This document shows positions 50,622-63,046 of a stretch of 64,000 bases of DNA, one piece after another. The position numbers were made by a program, and so were the translations under genes. Source of the DNA: Octopus vulgaris (Eukaryota); contig OX597816.1 in assembly GCA_951406725.2 (NCBI GenBank), positions 141,174,001 through 141,238,000 of the forward strand, given 5' to 3'. Each line of letters opens with the position of its first letter. Positions within the stretch are counted from its first letter, which is position 1. Under the pieces are notes generated by a model that was not told the DNA's origin, ran no database searches, and worked only from the letters and a program-made list of their open reading frames with translations.

Positions 50622-50792
50622 CTGCTCAATAGATTTTCCAGCCATTCCCAATTTTTTTGCCATCTCTAAGCATTGTTCTTTTGTTAGTCCAGTATTAATA
50701 TCAATGGGTTCTTTGATAATAGCATCAGGATTATCCCTAGCAACATCTTCAATTGCCATCCCACCTTGCATACTGCTGACCATCACAGGACC
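50622..50792 (-). CDS. SUCLA2: SUCLA2 exon, 171 bp (GPVMVSSMQGGMAIEDVARDNPDAIIKEPIDINTGLTKEQCLEMAKKLGMAGKSIEQ)
   Basis: AG/GT boundaries, phase 0-0; GGMxIEDVA motif. Confidence 0.96.
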
Positions 50793-51796
50793 CTAGAATA
50801 AAATGAACATATATACAAACAATCCCATTATAATGAAGATCTGGCTACAACATCAGAGGAAATAAAGCTGATATTAAAATAAACAATTAAATAAGCAGCT
50901 AAACTTGCTAATTCAAAAGGCCCTTAGGCCTATTTGCTAATGTCAGAAGTATCAAGGTCAGCATATTTGACATAACATGTCTGCCATATTGGGAACATTT
51001 ATGATCAGAAAAATAATAAATTTACACAAAAAAAATTTCGTATTAAATACTTGAAATTTTTACACTAAAATTATTTAATACTTTTTGTGAACATTCAAAG
51101 TGCAAGCTAATTTTATTATGAAAATGTTAAAAGTTAATTTTACTATAAACATGCTTTACACATATATAAATGTATGTTAGTCAAAAAATTCCAAAACATG
51201 TATACTCTGCCAGCAAGCAAAAAATAAAAAAAATAAAAGAATTTCTGCATGAAAATGTGGTATACAGTGTTAGTTAGAATGTGACACTGTTACAATATGT
51301 TCACAGTTTATAATCTGTGATTTTAGAAGCATTTTTTTCCACACATAAAATACCAACTCCATAACTTATTTGATATAAATGCTTCACAGCAATGTTGTCC
51401 ATCTCTAAAGTTCATTCATAGCAATGTTGTCCATCTCAAAAGTTCACTTACAATTATCAACTCTTAAGACTAATCTTTTCTAATGAAGAAATACACAGGC
51501 ATTTTTTTAAAGTCAATTTTCTTTACCTTACTGATGGTGCCCTTGCTAAATGGTTTTCCTGAGGGAGCTACCCAAATATACAGAGCCACTTGAAAGTTGT
51601 TAAATCAATTTAATATCCACAAACCATTAATATGGAAAAAAATCCAGACATTTGAATTGAATATAGGTCATATTTTATCAACTCCAGTGAAATTTGCACA
51701 CAAAACATATTAAAGAGAACCAACTAAATAATACAAAGCATTCATGCTGTTGCTGTGCTGTTTCAACATAGGTAACATTTATAAGCAAATCTTTAA

Positions 51797-52172
51797 TCTT
51801 TTACTTGTCTCAATCATTAGACTGTGGCCATGCTGAGGCACCACCTTGAAGAATTTTTAGCCAAATGCATCGACCCCAGTACTTATTGTTTTAAGCCTGA
51901 TACTTATTCTATTGATCTCTTTTGCTGAACCACTATAGGAATGTAAACAAACCTACACCAGTTGTCAAGCAGTGGTGAGGGGCAATCACAGACAAAGACA
52001 CACACACATATATGATGGGCATCTTCCAGTTTCTGTTTACCATATCTACTCACAAGGGTTTAGTCCTGAGGCTGTGGTAGAAGACACTTGCCCAAGATGC
52101 CACACAGTGGGACTGAACCCAGAACCATGAGGTTGGGAAGCAAGCTTCTTACCACACCAGCATGCCTGCATC
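51797..52172 (-). mobile_element. tRNA-derived SINE
   Basis: Reverse complement of the 2027-2421 family. Confidence 0.8.
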
Positions 52173-52300
52173 TATATATAAGCTAGCTTGGAAAAAATGA
52201 ACATTAAATAAACATATTTACATACTCCTCCCCCCACATACTCATTCACACCACCATCACACACACACACAGAATAAAGTATGAAGAGTATAAACATTAC

Positions 52301-52463
52301 CGAATATGCTCTTTCCATGGCAATAGCAAAATAATACTCTCGACGAGAGTAAAGTCTCTCACAAACCATTACACTATTACAGATCCTCCCAGCTGCTCCA
52401 GTCTGTTTTGTAATTAGTTTAGATCCAATCATCTGAGCAGCCAGCTTTCGTGCTTCTTCAGCA
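52301..52463 (-). CDS. SUCLA2: SUCLA2 exon, 163 bp ([55 protein letters not shown])
   Basis: AG/GT boundaries, phase 2-0; TKQTG and REYYFAI motifs. Confidence 0.97.
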
Positions 52464-52732
52464 CTGTAAAAGTAGAACAAGAGAATTAAGATGTAGACTG
52501 GAACGTGAAGATGTATCAACCAAGATTAAAAGTTAAAACTTTACATATTTATTTTTAGGTCTACTCTTCTTTAAATATTGTCATCCTTATTAATAAAAGT
52601 AATGTCGTGCATTACAAAAAAGATTTTGACACCAGTGAAGAATTCTTGTGAACATTTAAAAGACAGAAGATACAGGTTTGTTCATTCTACTGCATTCTAT
52701 TGAGTTCTGGCTGTATTTAAATTTAGAATAAT

Positions 52733-53285
52733 CCTTTCTACTAAAGGCACAGGGCCTAAAATTTATGGGGAGAGGGAAAATCAATCATATTGACCCTGAG
52801 AGGCTGAAAGGCGAAGTTGAACTCAGCAAAATTTTAACTCAAAACATAAAGACAGATGAAATACCACTAAGCGTTTTATCCAACGTGCTAACCATTCTTT
52901 TCTACTCTAGGCACAAGGCCCAAAATTTTTGGGGAGGGGACCAGTCAATTAGACTGACTCCAGTATGCAACTGGTACTCAATTTATCAACCCCAAAAGGA
53001 TGAAAGGCAAAGTCGACCTTGTACGGAATTTGAACTCAGAACGTAAAGACAGTCAACATACTGCTAAGCATTTCGCCCAGCATGCTAACATTTCTGTCAG
53101 CTCACCGGCTTAGTACTTTAGAATAATGGTTTCAAGTTTTAACACAGGACCAGCAGTTTGTAAGGAGAGGGGCAAGTTGATTACATTGACCCCAGTACTT
53201 GACTGGTACTTAAATTATTGATTCAGAAAAAAAAAATATGGAAGGCAAAGTCACCCTTGGCAGAATTTGAACTCAGAATGTGAAA
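52733..53285 (-). mobile_element. Cluster of three Nin-like SINE copies
   Basis: Three repeats of …ggcaca(a/g)ggcc…aattt…gaactcag; the middle copy is very similar to 27251-27450. Confidence 0.75.
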
Positions 53286-54092
53286 AATAACTGAAAATAC
53301 AATCTTTCTAAAATCAAGCTATGAATTTTATCATTTGAATTAAACTTCAGCAACTTTGGACAGTTTGAGAGGATCTGATGGGTTGAAGGATTGCATCATG
53401 TTCAAATGTCTGCTTTGGCATGATTTCTATGGCTGGATGCCCTTCCTAACACCAACCACTTTACAGAATGTACTTGGTGTTTTTTCATGCCATCTTCTTA
53501 TCAGGAAGTGTGTAATATTGGTAACTATAGTTGTTGCTGAGTTAGCTCTGATCCCACAGATGTTTGATTAAAAAAGTTCCAGCAATGACTGTCCCGTCTA
53601 TATTCAGACATAGAGTATGTAGGACTATATTATTGAATATGTCTGTTCTTTTTCTACAACTATTGGTTGTGCTTCAAGGAAAATTTGTCTACTATTTCTT
53701 GTAGGTCAAGCAACCACATAATTACTTTTTTGTTGGTTATCAGTAGCTATAGTAGCTGTTTTGCTTAAGATTAGCTCTGATAAAAACAAGCATATAGAGC
53801 ATGGATAATAAATCAAATGACTAGATGTAAACCACAGATATAGATCTGCATTCTTACAACCTCAGATCCTGTCAAACCATGGACTGTGGAGTTACTAATG
53901 GTGACAGTGAGCTGCTGTGGTTTCTTGACTTACTATAAATAGCAGTCAATCTTCCCCAAATCACACCCTACCATATTAAAAAAGGACACAATGTTCGAAA
54001 AAAGGTGGGAAACTAATGACTGGTAAGCCAGTAACTATAAATCTGATCAATTAAGGATTACTTGGGGTCTTGCAATACAACAACAGCAAATA

Positions 54093-55067
54093 TAGAGTGT
54101 ACCATAAAGAGTACTGAATTTGAATTGGGTGACACTTTTGTATTTTGAAGTTTGAAGGCATGCTTTTATTATGTTTGCTATTGAGTCTGGGAAAATCAAT
54201 TTGCTGACATTCACAGCAGTTGGGCATCCCAACCACTTCATTACACCGAATTTTGCATAAAGATCTCCATATGCATGCATACAAAATTCAACTTACGCAG
54301 CATCTTCAGCTACCTGGCCATTGGGGGGGGGAAGGAAATTTGCTGACTGGGTTGTGAAGAGAATTGCAGCTGACGATAATTTTGCAAAGAGAATCATTTG
54401 GATTTGGGTAAATGAAAATCTTCAAATAATGCAAGAGTGTGAAATGCATCCACTGAAAACAACTGTGTGGTGTAGTTTTTGGGCAGGTGGAGTGCTTGGA
54501 TTGTTCTTCTTTGAAAATGATGAGGGGAGTGCAGTTACTATTAATGGAGAAAGTTACCAAGACATGATATTCACTGAGTTATGGGCGAACTTGGAAGATG
54601 CAGAGATTGACAACTTATGATTTTGGCAGGACGGGGCAACCTGCCACACTTCACGCCAAATGCTTGCATTACTCCATGAAAAATTTCCGCAATGAGCAAT
54701 ATCCTTGCATGGTGACCAGCAATGATCACCATGATCCTGCGATCTTATGCCTTATGATTTCTTCTTATGGGAATATGTGAAATCACAGCTATACGTCAAG
54801 AAACCATGCACAATTCCTGAAATCAAGGCTGAAATTGAGCATGTGATTGGAGGCATCAGGTCACACATCTGTGAGAGAGTTATCGGAAATTTCGAGGAGT
54901 GCATAAATGTATGCAGACTCAGTGCAGGTGAATATATGACCGACATTGTGCTCCATATCTAAATGGGAGACATAACTCATTAGAAATATGCAGAATATAA
55001 CCATGTTCATAAGAATTCATTTTAATTATTCACCTTTCAAATTCGGCATCCTTTATGGAACACTCTT
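54093..55067 (+). mobile_element. Deleted and decayed Tc1/mariner transposon
   Basis: Imperfect TIRs (agagtgtaccataaag…gaatttgaa / ttcaaattcggcatcctttatggaacactct) flanked by TA. Transposase remnants HPLKTTVWCSFWAGGVLGLFFFE, QDGATCHT, DLMPYDFFLWEYVKSQLY. Confidence 0.88.
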
Positions 55068-55126
55068 TATAATTACCAAATACTATTGTATTATAGCCAA
55101 CAACATCCAAAGGAAATTATATTGCT

Positions 55127-56235
55127 ACTAGACTACTCATGACCCGTTGGGTCATCTGGAAAGTCTGAGTTTCACCGCAACAGAGTTTTGTTTCATGAGT
55201 GTTTTTTTCTTTCCCAGGTTAATTCACATGCTTTCAACGAATGTGACATTGAAATTATGTGTAAACGGCACCTTTCCCTGGAAAAGGAAAAGCTTTGGCA
55301 GCTATTTCTTGCACACCCTACTACCACGTAACAGGTATTTCAGGTCCTTCATCGCAAATAGCTGTTACATGGTAGTAGGGTGTGTTAGAAATAGCAGCCA
55401 AATCTTTGGAGCTGAGATACGTTGAATGCACTTGGAAAAAGTTTTGCAACAGTATTCCCTTGGGGCAATCTTTTGCTTTGACTCTCAGAACTGTCCTCCA
55501 GTTCAGCTGGTTCTGTTTGTTAATTCCCATAAAATCTTTTTATTTATTTACTTTTGTTTTAAAGTGAAAGAAAGGAGAAAGCGAAAGATGTATGAACATG
55601 TATATGAAATGGATGTGAGAGAGAGTGTCACTTACACATACATGAGAATACACACATTCACTCACTCACTCTCTCACATACATACAAAAAAGATATACAC
55701 ATATGTATTGATGTATGTATGTATACATGACAACACACCCCTTCATCTCTCTCTCTCTTTCACACACACATGTCCATTTCATATACATGTACATACATCT
55801 TTCACTTTCTCCTCTTTCACTTTAAAACGAAAGCAAATAAATTTTTTTTACAGAAATTAACGACTTGAAAATAATTTTAAAAAACACTAAAATATTGTCT
55901 GTTTAAAGAAGGCTAAAATATAACTTATTGTACAAACAACTTACATTTTTGTACAACATTCATTTAAAAATATTTCTGAATGATTACAATATTGTGTACT
56001 TCAAAAAGTTGACATTTTTTTTCATAGAGAGTGCGAAGACTATGTGTGTGTATATGTCACAGATAGCAAATGTGTGTTTGAGTTGATTCACTGCCATGAC
56101 ATTATATGTGTGTGTACGTGTGTTGATGTCAAGGAAGCCATGTTTTTTTTCATCAAGAAATAATTAACAAAAAATGTTTTTACTTGTTTTCATAATAAAT
56201 AGAGGTCCAAATGTCAAAAAAATTTGTGCTGAATT
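55127..56235 (-). mobile_element. Non-autonomous Helitron-like element, copy 2
   Basis: Collinear with 40968-42310. CTAG terminus plus hairpin atgaccc-gtt-gggtcat. Confidence 0.65.
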
Positions 56236-56628
56236 TTCTTTTTTTATGTAATTAATTCCATTTGTAGATGGTCTGTTATTTATATCACATTCTGATTTTG
56301 TTCAGCTTATTTCCTTTTACACACACACACAGCCAGTAACTCATACAGATTACTGCATGGTGAATAAAACAACCACATATTTAATATCAAAATAACTTGC
56401 TAAAAATATGCAACAAATTATTCTTTTTAAATTATGCCTAACCATCAATAAAAAAAATTGAACTTCCTTTCTTCAGTAGTGTCAGTTACCAGAGTTGACC
56501 CACAAACATGTAATCAAGTAAACAAATAAGATAAAAACAGAAGCACCTAATGTTTTGGTGTTTGGATATAGGAAATAGTGTTTGTGGTGACCAATAATAT
56601 AATGAAAACTGCATTACTGACAACTCAC

Positions 56629-56740
56629 GTGTAAACAAGTTTAACACCTCCTTTGAGACCACTTTCAAATTCTCCACGTCCTCTGCCTCCAGCAAGTACT
56701 TGGGCTTTGAGAACAACATCGGAATTACCCGTTTCTGAAG
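56629..56740 (-). CDS. SUCLA2: SUCLA2 exon, 112 bp ([37 protein letters not shown]); alternative acceptor would start at 56734
   Basis: Donor gtgagt, phase 1-2; [13 protein letters not shown]-grasp motif. Confidence 0.93.
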
Positions 56741-58060
56741 CTATTGAATTTAAATAAGGATAAATCTTTGTAGCAAGGATGAGAAGACAATGACACAAAT
56801 AGTAATAATCAGTATATTGGCATATATAGTTATGAAATAGTTCAGTAATGCCAAATATTAAAAAAAAACTTTTTATTTTAGAATACAGAAGAGTCAACCC
56901 TTGTGGGGGAAGAATACTGGCAACTGAATCAACCTGAGTATTTAACTGGTATTTAATTTATTGACATCACTTACCTCCAAGAAAGTTAAAAACCAGGATT
57001 TCATTTAGAACAAAGGACCAGAACTAAATTATGCTACAAGGCAGCTAATCAGCTACATTACAGTTAATTGACTGCCCTTCTCAAGTTGATAAGATGAAAT
57101 AGCAAACTAAGCCAACTTTCAGTGAATATACTTAAATCAAGTAAAATTCCCATGCAACTCAGCACCTCTTTACACCTGTACAGGTTGAAAAAAGTAGAGG
57201 GCATGTCATATTAAAGACAGCAACGATATTCACAACAAACAGGTAGTTACAGTAAAAAGTTTGACATTTTAGCTTCCTAGCTATTGTGATATCATAAAAA
57301 TGATTTCTAACATATGTACATGATGCTTGAATTCAGTCAATTTAACCAACCCCTGTATTTGATTGGCATTTAATGTATTAACCTTGAGGGGATTAAAAGG
57401 CAAAAGAGGCCCTAGTGAGGTTTGAAATCTAAACATAAAGGAATGTTAACTAAACACTGCTATGCATTTTGTTTGTACTTTTTGGATTTTGCTACTCCAG
57501 CACTCTAGATGTTTGGTACCAGTGCTCTACCATGACCCCCCCCCCCACATAATAATCTAAACTCATATAAATACAAAATCTCAGGATAGACCACAGTAAT
57601 CAGCAAAACAACATTGTTTGACAGGAAAATATTTTACAGGATACAACAAATCTGGTTTAGAAACAATATTTCCAGAAATATTCAAAGCTTAATGTTTAGA
57701 TTTGAGGATACAGAGATCCATTTTCCATTTCTTGTTTAAAATATCAACAATGAGTATAGAGAATTTTTCATTGAACAGTTATGTGTGTAGTATTATAAGG
57801 TATTTAAGAAAAGTAAAACAAAAAAAAAAGTATGGTAGTCATCAAACAGTATTGAACCCTTTAGTATTTAAACTGGTTGTATCTAGCCCAAATATTCAAT
57901 TGAGTTGGTCACTTGTTTCATGTTTAAAAAAAAAGGTTTCTCCTCTAAGAATTAAGATTTTCTAACATAGTGGAATATCTAAGGTCACTGATTTAATAAA
58001 CACACTAAACTGAATAATTTAAGAGAGAGTAATTCCTTACATTTCAGAGTCAAAGAATAA

Positions 58061-58546
58061 CACAGTGTAACAAAATTTTAACTTTTCTTTTTGTCTTTGG
58101 TCAGTAAGTGTTATTTCCTATTTGCTTCTATCTAGAAATCAAAGGAAATCACTACTATCCCCTCCAAATTTTGCTTTTGTGAACTGGACATAAATGTTCT
58201 GAAACTGACCTATTTTCCCATTACATTTCAGATGGGATCAGTGTTGCTCAAGCCGAAATATCGTTATAGCAAATATTCTGCTCAATACCACAGATTTGTT
58301 TGTCAGTTGCTTGACCTTAATCACTTGAGCATATCCCTTAGTGGCTGACAATATATGCATCTCTGATCCTAAGCAGTAGTGGAGAAGCATCATAGCTATG
58401 TGTTGAGAGGGATTCTTTGGGGTTTGAATAATTGTAACAAAAGTAAATTTTGAAAAATATTAGTCATTTTTCATACTTTCTAGGGGTAAGCAAATAGGAA
58501 ATAACAGTTGCTAGTGAAGGAGAAAAATTGTGTTACACAGCATTAA
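58061..58546. mobile_element. MITE-like element (same family as 14233-15002), uninterrupted copy
   Basis: Inverted ends cagtgtaaca…tgttacacag; collinear body. Confidence 0.75.
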
Positions 58547-58838
58547 TTGTCAAGAAGGTTAGTAAAAAACTTAGCCCCTTTTGTGCTATTCATTTAATGG
58601 ATGGGTCACTGAAAGGCATATATGTTCTGTACAAATGTCATAAAGTTGAGGCATGATGCATTTCTTTGTCATTAACAACAAAGAATATGTTGTTAATAAT
58701 ACCCTGTAGAAATGTACAGACATCACAATTTTTCTCTACATCCATTTTATACCTGTGTAAATTATGATCAACTAATATATTTTTCTTTTACCACATCTCA
58801 GATAAAGTTAATTTTTCATTAATTTTCTTACTCTAGCC

Positions 58839-59189
58839 CAGGGGTTCTCAACCATATTTTATCTATAGACCCCTTTGATTACCATTTTATTTTGGTGGAC
58901 CTCCATAGTCATTCTATGTTTAAAAACTAGTTTTAGAGATACCTCTTTTGAAATTCCCATTTCGTTTCTCACACATTAACTTGTGTAGGTTGAATTATAT
59001 AAAATGTTAGAGAAAGAAACCTACTTGCTTCTTGTCATAAATACCAATACATACATCTAAAGCAAAATTTTTTTCAGGGGCCCTTAAAATACTATTGTAG
59101 ATCCCCAGTTTGCTATTTTGTTGCATGGACTTCCCCAAAATCTTATATGGGCCTTCAGGAGCCATATGAACCCTGCTTGAAAACCACTG
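58839..59189. mobile_element. hAT (Charlie/Buster-like) MITE
   Basis: caggggttctcaa…ttgaaaaccactg with a decayed 8-bp TSD (ctctagcc / ttctagac). Inverted relative of 14394-14676. Confidence 0.8.
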
Positions 59190-60297
59190 TTCTAGACCAA
59201 CAAATAAATATATTTCTTCTGTATAGTTTTAGTACTTTACCTGCTAAAATTCTAAGTTACAGTGTGTCAACACCTTATTGATAAGCATCAACAAAGTGAA
59301 ACATATCTAGAGTTATCTCCTGTACTTATTGATATACAAATATTGGTTATTAACTAACATTTTTCTTCAACTATATATTTAATTTGGGATTTTTAAGGGT
59401 CTAAGCATTAGCTACACCTTCAAATTAACATTAACTTGGCAAATTACACACACACACTGTTAAATTATAAGAATTTAGAAACTTCAAGAGATATGAAAAT
59501 TAAAGGAGGAAATTGAAATATGTTGTATTTTATACAGTAGGAAATGTTTACAATAGAATATGGAGAGCAAACCATTCTCATCAGCTTAGTGCCTCTTGAC
59601 TACATATAATATTACAAAATGTTTACATTCTTTACCAGTCAAGCTACTTAAATACAATTCTTATAAAAAGTTTTGTGGTTAACTTTTTAACTAACAGGGA
59701 CATCACTCAAACTGAACAACTCAGTTTTTCATGAGGTGCAATAACAAAGTTTTTCTTTTAACATTTTGGTTGCAGCTTTATAATTACCATTATTATTGTA
59801 ACACAGATTTTTTATGTTGTCGACTTCACCATTTGGCTTATCACTAGAATATTATCAATTCAGTTACAGGACCACATTCAATACTTGACAAATATGTGTA
59901 CTGATTTTACAGACAAGAACCAGACACTATTGAATTACATTCAGGTGTGTAGAATGAGTGATTAGAATGCTAGATTGATGAATGAAAATTCTTCTGTCCA
60001 AGCTCTCTGCATATCTCTTGCTTCAGTCAATCTAAATGAAATGTCACAGGTTTCATAAGTGGGTAACCTGAAGAAATGCAGTATTCAAGCATTTAGCCAA
60101 CAAAAATGCAGTCCAAATTGCAACAGAAATTGGTGATATATTAAAGACCTAAAGAAAATAAACAATGGTTTTTGGGGAACATATAAATGTACATAATTCA
60201 TTTCAAAACATTTCTATATTATTTCATATTTAAAAAGCAAAAATAAAGTAACAAGTAAACTAATCTTGCAAGATTGTATAAGTTATTTGCAACTTAC

Positions 60298-60469
60298 CAA
60301 TATCTTTGGCATGTTTAAAAGCTTCTTCACTAGTAGTAGCAACTCGAAAATTTGGAACTCTTACACCGCCATCTTCCAATAATTTAAAGCTCAGATGCTC
60401 ATGAAGAGACAAAGATCTTTTTTGTTGAGATTGAGGATTTAGATTCAGAGAGAGGAGTGAAGAAAGCAC
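60298..60469 (-). CDS. SUCLA2: SUCLA2 exon, 172 bp (VLSSLLSLNLNPQSQQKRSLSLHEHLSFKLLEDGGVRVPNFRVATTSEEAFKHAKDI); end of the mitochondrial presequence and start of the mature protein
   Basis: Acceptor tttag, donor gtaagt, phase 0-1. QQKRSLSLHE resembles human QQQRNLSLHE. Confidence 0.93.
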
Positions 60470-61059
60470 CTAAATTTAAAACATTAAGTCTAAATCAGTC
60501 TATTAAAAAAACAACATATAAAACACATATTATATAAAATTGTAATGTGTGTCAACATAATGTAATGAATCAAAAAATTGTAATTAATATTACACCTGTA
60601 GTGAAGAGAAAAAAATCATTACCTTAACTAATTCTGGACAAGGTAAGAGACAACCCTAGAATTTAGCTTACCGTATTTGATGGCCTATAAGATGCACCTT
60701 TTTTTACCCAAAAACGGCTTTAAAATTCTCCCTGCATCCAATGCACTCAATGTAGGCTCAAAACGATATGTATGTTTACAAAATGTGTGCTGCCATCTAT
60801 TGGTAAACAATCGCCTACGGTATGTTTATATTGAATGTGGATGTAATAAATTGCTTATAATTACCGATAACAAAGTTATACAGGTAAGTAGAAGAATTAA
60901 AACATCATTTGAGTGGTAATTTGGTGCATCCTATGCACTCATGTGTCTTACAGACCATCAAATATGGTAATTAAAAGCAGAATGCAGTGGGAAGTGAATG
61001 TGATTTTTAAAGAGAGAAAGAGAGAGAGTGTGTGTGCATGTGATGTTCATGTGCATGTG

Positions 61060-62200
61060 TGTCTATGGGACCAATTCTTGAAAGTGGCAGAGAGAGCTTA
61101 TAACAAAGCTGTGATGCAGTTTAGGTTTCTAACTAAAAGTGGAACTACTGATGCCATTTTCCTAGTGAGGCTACTGCAAGAGAAATTCTTTATTAAGATT
61201 GAACTTTGTTGCTAGTGTTCATGAATTTATAGGACTTTAATAGGGCCCCACATTAAATTATACTGGTGGTTACTACATGAAAACAGAAGAGCTTGTGAGA
61301 GCCATGTAAGTCATGTAGAAGGATGCAGTTAGTAAAGTAAGATTTAGCAACATTTAGTGAGGAATTTAACAGGTAGGTAGGTATCCATTAGGACTACTCT
61401 TGGTCCCCTTTTGTTTATTACCGTTCTCTATAGCATAACAGGAATTTGAGTCTGGATACTTTTGGAAAATCCTGTATTGCTGATGGTCTAGTTCTCATAG
61501 CCGCATCAGTTAAAGAATTAAAGAAAAAGTTCTTAATGTAGAAGCCTCAAATAAAGAGGCCTAAAGGTCAAGTTAGCAGAGAAGAGAGAAAACTGTCAAC
61601 CAACTAGGAAGTGGCTATGTTCAGTATGCAGAAAGGAAGTAGGAAGGAATTTCCATACTGTGGACCCACTGCAAACAGTGAGTACAGTACACAAAAGGTA
61701 CAGGGGGATCTCAGGTAAGCTGATAAAGAAGGGTTTTATATGTAATATATGCACAGGAGCAGTTAGTACACAAGAAATTAAATCTTTCAATGGCTAGAAG
61801 GCTCATTCAAAGTAGATGACAACTTCTTTTATCTAATAATGGAGGTGAGGTGTTGCAAAGACATAGAAGCTAGATTAAAGGTAGGGTGGAAAAAACCTCA
61901 AGGCACAATTAGCTCTGTATAACAGAGATTTTCTCACTGAAAGGCTGGCTGTATGATGCTTGTGTACAAAGTATATTACCATAGAAAGTTTTTGGGTGAT
62001 ACATGTGGTGGGTATGCAAAAGGTGAAAATGAAGTATATTCCACTGGATATATAAGGCCAGTTTGAACAAAATAACATAGGTGTGTGTGTATAGGGACTA
62101 TACAATAAAGGTATTCACAATAATATACAAGAGATTGCACTGACATGTGTGTGATGAATGATAATTGAGCGAAGCCCCACAAAGAACCACAAGTGGAGAG
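61060..62200 (+). mobile_element. Heavily decayed RTE LINE fragment
   Basis: MQFRFLTKSGTTDAIFLVRLLQEKF and later RT-like remnants, with many stops. Confidence 0.7.
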
Positions 62201-62940
62201 ACACAGTATTGAAATTGACTTCTCTTACTCATAGAAAACAAACATTTAAATTATAATTATGACAGACATATATAGTGTAAGTATTTATATCTATTTTAAA
62301 TACTGGTATATAAAAGTCAGTGGATCAATCTTGTGATCTACATTGATGTTAGGAATATCCAGTTACTTCATCCTAAGTCTTCTTTGCACTTCTTTTTCTA
62401 CAATTATCAACCCATGCTACATTTTTACTCAACAAGTATTGCTTATGCACAAAACATGCTATGCATGTGTGTGCACATACATACACACTAATTTAGATAA
62501 ATTGGTCAAAATAATAGCATATTCTTTAATGATATTAATTAACAGTAAATGTATAATATCATAGTATAACACTATCTTAACACAGAAATAAATATTGTGA
62601 TATCTGCCACCTAAAAGCAGAGTTTATTAGTAGATCCCAACAATGTTGCTAGTATGTAGAAATCATTATCCAAAAGAATCTAGTGAAAGCATGAAGTATT
62701 TGATTAGCTTTGTAAATAAATATACTATTAAGTTCACAATCTCTCTCACAAAGGACTTAAAATACACAATCGCAAAGTAGTCCATTAACAAAGAAAGAAA
62801 CTAAGAGGTTGTGTGACTTACTTAACAGATCAGTTAAATCTCACTTAAGTCACACACAACCTTCAAAAAGAAAGGACACATTATATAATCTTAATTTCCT
62901 CTAAAATGAGACTGAACACAGCTGGAATGCCTATGATCAT

Positions 62941-63046
62941 GTGACCGACCAGGCTATCAGATGTTGCTACACATCCCTGGTCACAATGCGCTTCGCATTG
63001 TTTTAGCCTTCAAATGATGCCACCCCACTGGCTAAGCGAGCAGGCC
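62941..63046. repeat. Short structured dispersed repeat, copy 2
   Basis: Highly similar to 37545-37657. Confidence 0.8.

Noticed and set aside
51385-51449. Small tandem duplications (also about 42420-42500 and 63567-63680)
   Set aside because: Ordinary slippage duplications with no further signal.
36750-60469. SUCLG2 (GDP-forming) as the identity of the beta subunit
   Set aside because: DWSQED, REYYFAI and the C-terminal VDVKFELPL extension match SUCLA2.
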